A stretch of 27,191 nt of DNA, from positions 1 through 27,191 of the forward strand of contig JARKSN010000333.1 in NCBI GenBank assembly GCA_029974275.1, written 5' to 3'. Both the position numbers and the translations under genes were made by a program. The stretch is from Candidatus Hydrogenedentota bacterium. Lineage in GTDB: Bacteria > Hydrogenedentota > Hydrogenedentia > Hydrogenedentales > SLHB01. The notes under the pieces are model-generated. The model was not told where the DNA came from. It was given only the letters and a program-made list of their open reading frames with translations, and ran no database searches. This document shows positions 8,636 through 17,960 of the stretch, in pieces. The first letter of the stretch is position 1; each line of letters starts with the position of its first letter.

Positions 8636-10411
8636 TTATTTGGCCTTGGGCGGGTATTTGATCTGCAAGTGCAGTTCGTCGAGCTGTTTCTGCGCGACCT
8701 GACTCGGCGCGCCCATCATGAGGTCCTGGGCCTTCTGATTCAACGGGAACGCAATCACCTCGCGAATGTTCGGTTCGTCGGCGAGGATCATCACGATGCG
8801 GTCGAAGCCAGGGGCGATGCCTCCGTGAGGCGGCGCGCCAAAGTGGAACGCGTTCCACAGTGCCGGAAACTTCGACGTGACGGTGTGCTCGTCGTACCCG
8901 GCAATCTCGAAGGCCTTCAGCATCACCTCGGGTCGGTGATTGCGGATCGCGCCCGACGACAGTTCGATGCCGTTGCAGACCAGGTCGTATTGGTATGCGA
9001 GGATATCGAGCGGGTCCTTGTTGAGCAGCGCTTCGAGTCCGCCCTGCGGCATCGAAAATGGGTTGTGCGAGAAATCGATCTTCTTGTCGTCCTCGTTGTA
9101 CTCGAACATCGGGAAGTCGACGATCCAGCAGAACTCCGCGCGGGTCTTGTCGATGAGGTCGAGCGCGTTGGCGAGGTACACGCGCACCTTGCCCAGCAAC
9201 GCGTTCGTGGCTGGGCGTTCGCCCGCGCCAAAAAACAACGCATCGCCTTCGACGGCGCCGGTCCGTTCGACCAACGCGGCTTTCTCCGCGTCGCTCAGGA
9301 ATTTTACGATCGGGCCTTTCCACTCGCCGTCGCGCAGCGCGATCCACGCGAGGCCTTTCGCGCCTTCACTCTTCGCGAAGGCCTCCGCATCGTCGAAAAA
9401 CTTGCGCGGCTGAGCGGCCACGCCTTTCGCACAGATCGTTTTCACCGCGCCGCCGCTGCCGGCGACGGCAAACACCTTGAGCTGCGACTGGGCAAACACG
9501 TCGGTGACGTCGATCATCTCAAGGCCGAAGCGCAGGTCGGGCTTGTCGTTGCCGTACTTCTCCATGCTCTCGCGATAGGGAATCCGGCGGAACGGCGCGG
9601 GCGAGAATTCTTTGTTGGAGAGTTCCGTGAAAATGCGCGTGATCAGCAGCTCGATCTCGTGGAACAGGTCGTTCTGCGTGATGAACGACATCTCGATATC
9701 GATCTGATAAAACTCGCCGGGGCTGCGGTCCGCGCGCGAGTCTTCGTCGCGGAAACACGGGGCAATCTGGAAGTACTTGTCGAAGCCCGCAATCATCAGC
9801 AACTGCTTGAACTGCTGCGGCGCTTGCGGCAAGGCATAGAACTCGCCGGGATACAGACGGCTGGGCACCAGAAAGTCGCGCGCGCCCTCGGGCGATGAAC
9901 TCGTGAGGATCGGCGTGTGATATTCCGTGAAGCCGCGTTCGGTCATGTGCTTGCGCGTGAGTTGGGCGACCTGCGAGCGCAACAAGATATTTTTGTGCAA
10001 GTGTTCGCGGCGCAGATCGAGGAAACGATAGGCGAGGCGCGTCTCTTCCGGATATTCGAGGTCCTGGTTGACCGGGAAAGGCACTTGGTCGGCCTCGGCC
10101 TCGACGTGCACGTCTTTTGCAACAACCTCAATGGCGCCGGTATCGAGGTTGGCGTTGATGGTTTCCTCCGAACGCGCCACCACCTCGCCGGTGATCGTTA
10201 GCACGCTTTCATAGCGGACATGTTCGCACGCGGAAAAATAGGGATTGTCGGGGTTGACGACGATCTGCGTCAGGCCGTAATGATCGCGCAGGTCGATGAA
10301 GATGACCCCGCCGTGATCGCGTTTCCGGTGAATCCACCCGGAAAGACGGACCGTCTGCCCAACATCCGATTTGCGCAATGCCCCGCACGTATGCGTTCTG
10401 AAGGGATGCAT
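8636..10411 (-). CDS. aspS: aspartate--tRNA ligase (probably non-discriminating Asp/Asn)
   Basis: Start [10 protein letters not shown] with [60 protein letters not shown]. Confidence 0.97.
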   Translation of the reverse strand: MHPFRTHTCGALRKSDVGQTVRLSGWIHRKRDHGGVIFIDLRDHYGLTQIVVNPDNPYFSACEHVRYESVLTITGEVVARSEETINANLDTGAIEVVAKDVHVEAEADQVPFPVNQDLEYPEETRLAYRFLDLRREHLHKNILLRSQVAQLTRKHMTERGFTEYHTPILTSSSPEGARDFLVPSRLYPGEFYALPQAPQQFKQLLMIAGFDKYFQIAPCFRDEDSRADRSPGEFYQIDIEMSFITQNDLFHEIELLITRIFTELSNKEFSPAPFRRIPYRESMEKYGNDKPDLRFGLEMIDVTDVFAQSQLKVFAVAGSGGAVKTICAKGVAAQPRKFFDDAEAFAKSEGAKGLAWIALRDGEWKGPIVKFLSDAEKAALVERTGAVEGDALFFGAGERPATNALLGKVRVYLANALDLIDKTRAEFCWIVDFPMFEYNEDDKKIDFSHNPFSMPQGGLEALLNKDPLDILAYQYDLVCNGIELSSGAIRNHRPEVMLKAFEIAGYDEHTVTSKFPALWNAFHFGAPPHGGIAPGFDRIVMILADEPNIREVIAFPLNQKAQDLMMGAPSQVAQKQLDELHLQIKYPPKAK

Positions 10412-10457
10412 GGATACACTTCTCCACCGTGTTGATTCGCCCAGATAAAGAAAGGCA

Positions 10458-10486
10458 ATGGTACTTTCGGGACCTTGCCTTGTCAA
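10458..10486 (-). promoter_or_regulatory. sigma70-type promoter of aspS
   Basis: Minus strand TTGACA, 17 bp spacer, TACCAT. Confidence 0.7.
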
Positions 10487-10523
10487 ATCCCCGAATTCCT
10501 CGTGATGCGTTTCGAGGGTTGGG

Positions 10524-12689
10524 TCAATAACGCAAGCGCAACGTGCACCGGCTTTTTTCGAAGCGCAACGTCAACGCCAACATGGCGTCGCGTTCCTGCG
10601 CCGTGCACATCACGCCATCGCCGTCAACGGCTCGTAGGGCCATTTCTTCGGGAAGGGCAAACCAGTAGGTCTCTTCCGTATTCGGGATAGCATGGAGCTC
10701 GATCGTCAATATCCTGTCTTCCCAGCGTTCATCGAGGATGCTGATTGCGTCCATGCTGACGTGGCGCGTCGAGGCGAGGAATTGTGGACGGCCCGCGTCG
10801 GGAACGAGCGCGAGTATCTGGCAATGACCAAGGTCGAGCGGTCCGCATGCCAGTTTCCCGCTGACCGCGCCGAGCGGTTTGCGCGCCCAGAAATCGAAGA
10901 CGTGGTAGGTCTTCGCAGGGTCGAGTCCGAGCGATTCCAACGGGACATCGCACGCACGCAACGGGATCGTCGCGAAACGCCCGGCCACGCACCACTGCCG
11001 TCCGCCGCGCTCCAAGTGAAACGACCACAACGCGCCCAACGGATGGTCCTCGTGCATTGTCGGATATACGCCCGCCATGTTCATCGCGTCTTCGATGTTG
11101 GCGTCCTCGGCTTGTACGACGTTCTCGCGCGGCACGGCGAATCCGTGCAGTTTGGTCCACGTAAACGCGGGATAGGTTGCGTCCAACGGTCCGGTTTCCC
11201 CTGCCGTTGTTTCCAACGGCGGCAAACACCGCTGCAACATGTAGATGCGTTCCTCGTCGTTGTACACGTCCAGCGGGTCGCTCAACATGAACAGCCCGCC
11301 GGTCAACGACACCAAGCTCGCCACGCTCCGCGCCCATTCGATACGCGCCCGCGCACAGATATGGTCGGGGTCCATCACGAACAGAATGCGTTGCGCGTGA
11401 AACCAGCGCGCCGATTCGACGAGTTGCATGCGGCACCCGGCCCACGTCGGGTTCGCATCCATCGAGATGCGGCAAGCATCCGCCACGCCGACGACCTGGC
11501 TCAACACGCCCCACGACGACAACAGGTACACGTCGTTGCCCATGCCATCGCGCACGGTCTGCATATACGCGCGGAAACGGCGCTCGGCGTCTTCGTTCGT
11601 GAGAATGCCATTCGCCACGGCCTGTTGCAGCCCGTCATAAAGCAGGTGCCGCACGCCGTCGATCTTCACATAGCTGTAGCCCGCCGCTTTCAAGCCGTCG
11701 TAGATGGGTCGGATATGCCTCGCGAGCGCCGCGTCGGTGCAACTCAACAGATAGCCCGCCCAAATGCCCGTGACGAACGTGCCGTCTTCGAGTCGCAGCA
11801 TGTCGTCCGGGTGCGCCTTGGGGAAATCGTCGTTGATGATCGCCGAGCACGTCCAGATGCCAGGTTCGAGGCCCTGGTCGCGGATACTCGCGATGGCCCT
11901 TGCATGTCCGCCGGGAAACTGGTCGTTCGTTTCGAGCCACGAGCGCGGCATCGGTTCATGGCCAAACGCGGGCACCGGCATCCGCTCGTAGCCGTCGTCG
12001 ATTTGGATGTACTCGAAACCGTACGGGCGCAACTTCTCGCCGAAAAGCCGCGACGCGGCGTCGATATTCTCCTCGGTGACATCGCGCCGGTAGGCCTCCC
12101 ACGAGCACCAGCCCGAGACGCCTTTCTGATTGGGGCGCCACGCCCACGGTTTGTGGAAGGTGTAACCGAGGTGAGCGCGGTAGAAATGCGGCTTGACGTT
12201 CATGAACCACGGCATTTTGCCCATCGTCACTTCGAGGCGCGCGGTGAGATCGCCATCGCCATTCGGCGTGAGGCGTGTGTCGAGCCAACGCCACGCCATG
12301 CCGTGCCACTCGACGAGCAAGTCCTGCGCGATATCGTACAAGCCATTCACGCCAGCGGCGAGCGGACGCCCCACCTGACCGCGGATCGCCTGACCCGGCG
12401 CGGCGCGATGTGGCCGCATGTTCACGGCATCGGCGCTGAGTTGGAACGTCACCTCGACTGTCGCCGGCGTGTCGAGCATGAAATAGAGCTGCTGGTGGAA
12501 CGGGGCGCCGACAAGGTCGCCATCGGAGGTGTGGCGGAACCCCGGTTCCTCGGTCCCCGGAAAAGTCATCGAGAGCAACGGTCTGCCGTTGTAGACGTAG
12601 ACCAATTTGCGGGTCTTCTCGTCCCACACGTGCGAGGCGTGGACGATGGGAGCTTCGGACAAAATGAGGCCGTATTCTGTCTTGCGCAT
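10524..12689 (-). CDS. alpha-galactosidase-like glycoside hydrolase (clan GH-D, GH27/GH36)
   Basis: [33 protein letters not shown] (nucleophile), CRISMD, DPDH motifs; start MRKTEY with AAGGGA RBS. Confidence 0.8.
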   Translation of the reverse strand: MRKTEYGLILSEAPIVHASHVWDEKTRKLVYVYNGRPLLSMTFPGTEEPGFRHTSDGDLVGAPFHQQLYFMLDTPATVEVTFQLSADAVNMRPHRAAPGQAIRGQVGRPLAAGVNGLYDIAQDLLVEWHGMAWRWLDTRLTPNGDGDLTARLEVTMGKMPWFMNVKPHFYRAHLGYTFHKPWAWRPNQKGVSGWCSWEAYRRDVTEENIDAASRLFGEKLRPYGFEYIQIDDGYERMPVPAFGHEPMPRSWLETNDQFPGGHARAIASIRDQGLEPGIWTCSAIINDDFPKAHPDDMLRLEDGTFVTGIWAGYLLSCTDAALARHIRPIYDGLKAAGYSYVKIDGVRHLLYDGLQQAVANGILTNEDAERRFRAYMQTVRDGMGNDVYLLSSWGVLSQVVGVADACRISMDANPTWAGCRMQLVESARWFHAQRILFVMDPDHICARARIEWARSVASLVSLTGGLFMLSDPLDVYNDEERIYMLQRCLPPLETTAGETGPLDATYPAFTWTKLHGFAVPRENVVQAEDANIEDAMNMAGVYPTMHEDHPLGALWSFHLERGGRQWCVAGRFATIPLRACDVPLESLGLDPAKTYHVFDFWARKPLGAVSGKLACGPLDLGHCQILALVPDAGRPQFLASTRHVSMDAISILDERWEDRILTIELHAIPNTEETYWFALPEEMALRAVDGDGVMCTAQERDAMLALTLRFEKSRCTLRLRY

Positions 12690-12777
12690 GATGGTTCCCT
12701 TGTAGTGCGAAGGCGCTTCGGATGATCCGGAAGCGGGGGGATTGTGCCATATCCTGCTCGATCCGAGCAAACGAAGA

Positions 12778-12917
12778 ACTGACCTGTGCCAAAATATAGG
12801 ACGCGGTTTCCATCATACTATTACGGCGGAAATGTAACGGATGGGACGCTTGGTTTCCAGTTTGAAGAGAGTTTGCGGCGCGAGGAGGTGTTTTTGGGAG
12901 AGTCGGCGATGTTGCGG
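12778..12917 (-). repeat. copy 1 of ~140 bp dispersed non-coding element
   Basis: Reverse complement aligns with 25683-25823 with about 13 differences in 141 columns (manual alignment). Confidence 0.9.
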
Positions 12918-13061
12918 TGATTTCGCAACATCATTGCAAGCGCTTCCTCAATGCGAGTGAGTGCCGATATTGAGCGAGACCAACCCGAAACGGAAATGTT
13001 CCGACTCCAGAACGGAACGCTCCAAAGGAAAGCCTCTGCAAGGATCGCGAAAACGCGTCGG

Positions 13062-14162
13062 TTACTTCCAGCGCGCTATCCGATCCAGCACGTATTCGGC
13101 CTCGTCCGCGTTGGAGACGTGCACGGCGGACCAGACGCCTTCGGGTCTCAATTCCGTGGTAAGCCAATCCAATTCGTCGAGATCGATAGGCGGAACGATC
13201 TGGATTCCTTTGCCGGCTTGCTGGCAGCGCTTGTAGATATGGGTCCAGTCGGACGCTCGTCCGTGTCCTGCGCCATATATCCACTGGACTGCATTGAGTT
13301 CGGGTATCTCGAGCAGACTGTCGAGGTGTTGCAGGGCATTGGGGCCGTCCAGGTGGTATAGCGAAGCCTCGGCGAAACGGCATTCGTCGCGGATTTTGTC
13401 CAGGAAAAACGCGTCGAACATTTCCTTGGAGATCATGCAGGAGAAGTCGCACTGCGGAACGTGCCATCGCAAGGAACTCACAATGCCCGGCCATGCCGTG
13501 CATGCTTGCTTCGCGTCATCAAGCATGTCGTTGCTGACCTGGAACACGTGCTGGAAGACCGCATGCACCTCGTCGAGCATGCGCTTGACCGGTTCCGGAT
13601 CGAGCAGCAAATCCGTGTTCAGTTCGATCGTGCCGCGGAACGCCGCCAAGGCGTCTCCGCCGGGATGTATGTCCGTCATGCCCACATAGAACCGCCCTTT
13701 TCCCGCTTCGAGGAGGGCGCGGGTCATTTCCTGGACCTTGATCCAATACGGATTTTGTTCGGAGAAGCGAACGTGTTCCGTCCGCGACCAGTCTTCGATC
13801 GCGGGAGTGGTCCACGTAGTCGTCTCGGCGAAGGTTAGCTCCAGCCCGAAGAAGGCTGAAAAGACTGTCGGGCCCAAGTTGGGGAACAGGGAAGGCAACG
13901 CATCGCCCGCGTAGACAGTGTTGGCCACGGCTGCGCGCGCCGTTTCCGCGAGATATTCCACGTCCATCCAACGATCGCGAATCGTTGTGTGCGCGCGAGG
14001 AGGAGGGGGCGGAACGTTCGGTGTCGGCGCTTCCCATTGCATGCACACCATGGGGCGGTCCAAAACGGCCCGATGCCAGAAGGCGTCCTGACGGGCCAGA
14101 CGAGTCTCCCAATCGGGAATGGTTTCGATCGGCATTCGCGAAGACCGTCGCTGATCGCTCAT
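13062..14162 (-). CDS. uroporphyrinogen decarboxylase/methyltransferase-like family protein (often annotated trimethylamine corrinoid protein 2)
   Basis: PNLGP..FSAFFG, DIHPGGDALAAFRG, QCDFSCMISKEMF, YHLDGPNALQHLD, AVQWIYGAG; start MSDQRR with AGGAAAGGG RBS. Confidence 0.7.
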   Translation of the reverse strand: MSDQRRSSRMPIETIPDWETRLARQDAFWHRAVLDRPMVCMQWEAPTPNVPPPPPRAHTTIRDRWMDVEYLAETARAAVANTVYAGDALPSLFPNLGPTVFSAFFGLELTFAETTTWTTPAIEDWSRTEHVRFSEQNPYWIKVQEMTRALLEAGKGRFYVGMTDIHPGGDALAAFRGTIELNTDLLLDPEPVKRMLDEVHAVFQHVFQVSNDMLDDAKQACTAWPGIVSSLRWHVPQCDFSCMISKEMFDAFFLDKIRDECRFAEASLYHLDGPNALQHLDSLLEIPELNAVQWIYGAGHGRASDWTHIYKRCQQAGKGIQIVPPIDLDELDWLTTELRPEGVWSAVHVSNADEAEYVLDRIARWK

Positions 14163-14573
14163 GAAGGCATGCCCTTTCCTCTGTGATTCTCGGCCGTGAC
14201 CTGCGCGATGAGCGTGATCCCTGGACTGGCCAAGCGGACACGGTTTCGGTGCGGCAGGACATCTTCCCAGTGTACGTAGCTCAGCAAACAACTTCAAAGG
14301 CGCGGCAACGCGCGCGAATCGTCATCTCCCTCCCGGCATCAACCGTGGCGCGTTCCACCGGCGTCGCGCGGGTCGCGCCCCGTAAGAGAAATTCGATTAT
14401 CAAGGGCAAATCGTGTATGCTTCCGGCCCGGCTGGATGCGTTTTTCCGTCCGGCAGCATAAGCCGCGCCGCAATATTCCACGGCTCAATTGCGGTTGCGC
14501 CAAAACTCGTGAACGAGAGCGGCACGAGGCCGCCTTGTATCAATACGGGCACATTAACGAAGGAGTCGCCATT

Positions 14574-16406
14574 ATGGAACATCCAGCCAACGTCAAAAAT
14601 CCAAGTCTTCTCCAATGGGTAGAAGAGATTGCAGCCCTCTGCAAGCCCGATTCGATCCGCTGGTGCGATGGGTCCCAGAAGGAATACGACGACCTCTGCG
14701 AGCAGATGGTCCAGTCGGGAACGTTCACGCGGCTCAACGAGCAAAAACGCCCAAACAGTTACTTGGCGTTTTCGGATCCCGGCGACGTAGCCCGTGTCGA
14801 AGACCGCACCTTTATCTGTTGCAAAAAAAAGGAAGACGCCGGCCCCACCAATAACTGGGTCGCTCCGGCGGAGATGAAGGCCACGTTGAACGGCCTGTTC
14901 GACGGCTGCATGCGCGGCCGGACGATGTACGTCATCCCCTTCAGCATGGGCCCGTTAGGTTCCTCGATTGCCCAAATCGGCATTGAACTCACCGATTCGC
15001 CATACGTGGTCGTCAACATGCGCATCATGACCCGCATGGGCGCCAAAGTGCTCGATGTTCTCGGCAACGGCGATTTCGTGCGGTGCGTCCACTCGGTCGG
15101 CATGCCGCTGGACAAGGGACAAGCCGACGTCGCCTGGCCCTGCAACAAGGACCACAAGTACATCGTTCACTACCCGGAAGAACGCGCCATCTGGTCCTTC
15201 GGCAGCGGCTACGGCGGCAACGCGTTGCTCGGAAAGAAATGCTTCGCCCTGCGTATCGCCTCGACGATGGCCCGTGACGAAGGCTGGCTCGCCGAGCACA
15301 TGTTGATTTTGTGCGTTGAATCGCCCCAAGGCGAGAAGACCTATGTCGCGGCGGCATTCCCGAGCGCCTGCGGCAAAACCAACTTCGCGATGCTCATTCC
15401 GCCGACGGCCATGGAAGGCTGGAAAGTCACGACCATCGGCGACGATATCGCCTGGATCAAGCCGGGCCCCGATGGCCGCCTCTATGCCATCAACCCCGAG
15501 GCGGGCTATTTCGGCGTCGCCCCGGGCACCTCGATGCACTCGAACCCCAATGCTATGTTGAGCATCGAGAAAAACAGCATCTTCACCAATGTCGCCTTGA
15601 CGCCCGATGGCGACGTGTGGTGGGAAGGCATGACCAAGACCCCGCCTCCGCAACTGACCGACTGGCAGGGCAAGCCGTGGACCCCGGATTGCGGGCGCAA
15701 AGCGGCCCATCCGAACGCCCGATTCACCGCACATGCGTCGCAGTGCCCTTGCATCGACCCCGACTGGGAGAACCCCGCAGGCGTGCCGATCAGCGCGTTT
15801 GTCTTCGGCGGCCGCCGCAGCAACACCATCCCCTTGGTCTACGAGGCGTTCAACTGGAACTACGGCGTGTACATGGCGGCGACAATGGGTTCGGAAATGA
15901 CCGCCGCCGCCGCCGGAACCATTGGTCAGGTCCGCCGCGATCCCTTCGCCATGCTGCCGTTTATGGGGTATCACGCCGGCGATTATGTCAACCATTGGTT
16001 GGGGATTGGACGTCTTATAACGGAACCGCCGCGCGTTTTCGGCGTGAACTGGTTCCGGACGGACGCCGACGGCAAGTTCCTGTGGCCAGGCTATGGCGAA
16101 AACATGCGCGTCCTCAAATGGATCGTGGAACGGGTGCGCGGCCGGGCATATGCGGTGGAGAGCCCGATCGGTTGGATGCCGCGCTACGAGGATATCGATT
16201 GGCGCGGCCTCGACGACGTTACGCAGGACCTCTTCTACGAACTAATGTCTATAGACCGCGGCATCTGGGAGCAGGAGTTGCTGAGCCACGAGGAATTGTT
16301 CATCAAATTGAGCGATCGATTGCCTAAAGAGCTCCTTTTCAAGCGCCAACTGCTTCTTTCGCGCCTTTCGCGATCGTCCATGCGGTGGGAACTGCCCAGG
16401 GGCTAG
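14574..16406 (+). CDS. pckG: phosphoenolpyruvate carboxykinase (GTP)
   Basis: [78 protein letters not shown] before ATG 14574. Confidence 0.96.
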   Translation: MEHPANVKNPSLLQWVEEIAALCKPDSIRWCDGSQKEYDDLCEQMVQSGTFTRLNEQKRPNSYLAFSDPGDVARVEDRTFICCKKKEDAGPTNNWVAPAEMKATLNGLFDGCMRGRTMYVIPFSMGPLGSSIAQIGIELTDSPYVVVNMRIMTRMGAKVLDVLGNGDFVRCVHSVGMPLDKGQADVAWPCNKDHKYIVHYPEERAIWSFGSGYGGNALLGKKCFALRIASTMARDEGWLAEHMLILCVESPQGEKTYVAAAFPSACGKTNFAMLIPPTAMEGWKVTTIGDDIAWIKPGPDGRLYAINPEAGYFGVAPGTSMHSNPNAMLSIEKNSIFTNVALTPDGDVWWEGMTKTPPPQLTDWQGKPWTPDCGRKAAHPNARFTAHASQCPCIDPDWENPAGVPISAFVFGGRRSNTIPLVYEAFNWNYGVYMAATMGSEMTAAAAGTIGQVRRDPFAMLPFMGYHAGDYVNHWLGIGRLITEPPRVFGVNWFRTDADGKFLWPGYGENMRVLKWIVERVRGRAYAVESPIGWMPRYEDIDWRGLDDVTQDLFYELMSIDRGIWEQELLSHEELFIKLSDRLPKELLFKRQLLLSRLSRSSMRWELPRG

Positions 16407-16560
16407 ACCCCAGGGCGGATCCTTGCGGCGCGGGAAAGTTGCAACGCGGCCTACAGACAAGAGTATAGTGTTAGGCAGTAGGCGGCGCCGAGTCCGGCTT
16501 GTTGAGGATAGGCGCGTTCGCCGAAAACCGGGGACCATTTCCCCACGGAGGCACAGCGCG

Positions 16561-16713
16561 ATGAAGGGACACATAAAGACCATTTCCTCCTATGGGCAGG
16601 CCGTGAAGCTGGCCGCCGATCCTGGCGTTGTCCATGCCAAGGAATTTGGGGTGACCATCTTGACGGCTGTCAACAATCTGTTGACCCGCAAGGCGTCGGC
16701 CAGCAACAGCTGA
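16561..16713 (+). CDS. small peptide 1 of MKH array (50 aa): MKGHIKTISSYGQAVKLAADPGVVHAKEFGVTILTAVNNLLTRKASASNS
   Basis: GGAGG RBS at 16547-16551; similar leader and core to the three neighbouring small ORFs. Confidence 0.75.
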   Translation: MKGHIKTISSYGQAVKLAADPGVVHAKEFGVTILTAVNNLLTRKASASNS

Positions 16714-16762
16714 GGCCGGACGCACCATCGGAAGGGCATAAAAGATCAGGAGAATAGGTCGA

Positions 16763-16894
16763 GTGAAACACATCCGGCCATTGCCGAGACGCGCTTTCGC
16801 CGAGGCAGGACGCAATACGCCCTTTGCCGATATCGCCATACGGCTTTTGACGGGGTTGGAGGCGTTCAAGACTGGAAAATTGACGCGCCGGTAG
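16763..16894 (+). CDS. small peptide 2 of MKH array (43 aa, GTG start, not in ORF track): MKHIRPLPRRAFAEAGRNTPFADIAIRLLTGLEAFKTGKLTRR
   Basis: Translated by hand; AGGAG RBS at 16748-16752; TAG at 16892-16894; MKHI leader; core aligns without gaps to peptides 1 and 3. Confidence 0.75.
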   Translation: MKHIRPLPRRAFAEAGRNTPFADIAIRLLTGLEAFKTGKLTRR

Positions 16895-17073
16895 CGATTC
16901 TCCGCTTGACGTCTTCGGCGATCGGACTCGTACGCGGGTCTTGTGCTTCGACAGGCAGAGAGGTTTTTTTCCGAGTTTCGAGCGTATTCGCGGCTCCTGT
17001 TGACCGGAATGTGAGGGCATACGATACGGCACGAGAGTTTTCCGGTTTTCCGGAAAAAAAGGGAGAAAGTTGC

Positions 17074-17217
17074 ATGAAGCATATGAAACGAATCAGCATC
17101 GTCAAGCCACAGCGGGCGCAATCCACCAATTTCCGGGCGAAATTGAATTTTGCGCTTGGCGCCATCGACAATGGCACTTCGTATTTCACAAACAAACGAT
17201 GGGACGGCCGCTTGTAG
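17074..17217 (+). CDS. small peptide 3 of MKH array (47 aa): MKHMKRISIVKPQRAQSTNFRAKLNFALGAIDNGTSYFTNKRWDGRL
   Basis: GGGAG RBS at 17061-17065; MKH leader; AQ..NF...LNF shared with peptide 4. Confidence 0.75.
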   Translation: MKHMKRISIVKPQRAQSTNFRAKLNFALGAIDNGTSYFTNKRWDGRL

Positions 17218-17270
17218 CCGGACGTTCGAGGGTCTTTGCGCATTCCATCAAACCTTCGAGAGGAACTGTC

Positions 17271-17441
17271 ATGAAACATCGCACCAAGCATGTCTACGCC
17301 ATCACCGTTGCGCCTGTCGTTGCCCAGAACAATTTTCAGACCCTGCTCAACTTCAAGACCTCCGTCATGACACGGTTCTCTTCGCTGCAACGCTCGGCCC
17401 AATGGGGCATCAGCTTTAAGGGCTCCACGACGACGACATAG
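17271..17441 (+). CDS. small peptide 4 of MKH array (56 aa): MKHRTKHVYAITVAPVVAQNNFQTLLNFKTSVMTRFSSLQRSAQWGISFKGSTTTT
   Basis: GAGAGGA RBS ending at 17264; MKH leader; AQ.NF...LNF motif. Confidence 0.75.
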   Translation: MKHRTKHVYAITVAPVVAQNNFQTLLNFKTSVMTRFSSLQRSAQWGISFKGSTTTT

Positions 17442-17474
17442 CTTGCCGCATCGCGGGTCTTTCCGCGCGCCCTT

Positions 17475-17960
17475 TTAGGGGATGCGAGCCGTGAGGGCCT
17501 GGAAACGCGGGTGTTCGCGCAGCTTGGCGAACAGCGGAAACCGGGACAACTCGGAGCGAAGAGCGGGGGCGCAGTCCAACGCTTTCTCGAGGGCGTCAAG
17601 CGCGTCCGTTTCGCGCGGAGCCGGCAACGCAAGGTAAAACTGAGCGAGGTCGAGGTGGCCCTCGACGTTGCGGGGTTCGAGATCGGCGCCAAACCGGATC
17701 CGTTTCTCGGCTTCCTGATGTTCGCCGCATTCCCAGAGAACGCGTCCCAGCAGACGATGGGCGGGAGCCCAAGTCGGCGCCAGCTTCACGCAAGCGTTCA
17801 GCGAACGCCGGGCGGCGTCAAGATCGCGCGCCGAATAGGCGTCCACTCCTTTCTTCCACGCCGCCGCTGCACGGCGGCCCCGCGTCCATTCTCGACCCAG
17901 CCCCAGTCCCATCAACGCCAACACGACCAATACGAGCGCGATATGCATTACAACGTCCAT
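17475..17960 (-). CDS. membrane-anchored TPR repeat protein
   Basis: N-terminal TM helix; TPR-like repeats (LAPTWAPAHRLLGRVL, LEPRNVEGHLDLA, ALDALEKAL); overlaps the end of the upstream gene. Confidence 0.8.
   Translation of the reverse strand: MDVVMHIALVLVVLALMGLGLGREWTRGRRAAAAWKKGVDAYSARDLDAARRSLNACVKLAPTWAPAHRLLGRVLWECGEHQEAEKRIRFGADLEPRNVEGHLDLAQFYLALPAPRETDALDALEKALDCAPALRSELSRFPLFAKLREHPRFQALTARIP

Noticed and set aside
10692..12725. 677-aa plus-strand ORF (likewise 3282-4778, 8618-9898, 14955-15995, 20076-21305, 23654-24706)
   Set aside because: Antisense to well-supported genes; expected artefact of high GC3 codon usage.
16439..16469. TTGCAA...TATAGT promoter for peptide 1
   Set aside because: 19 bp spacer is suboptimal; plausible but not supportable.
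16471..17402. Minus-strand ORFs of 216, 120 and 178 aa over the peptide array
   Set aside because: No motifs or convincing RBS; the four plus-strand small ORFs explain the region better.
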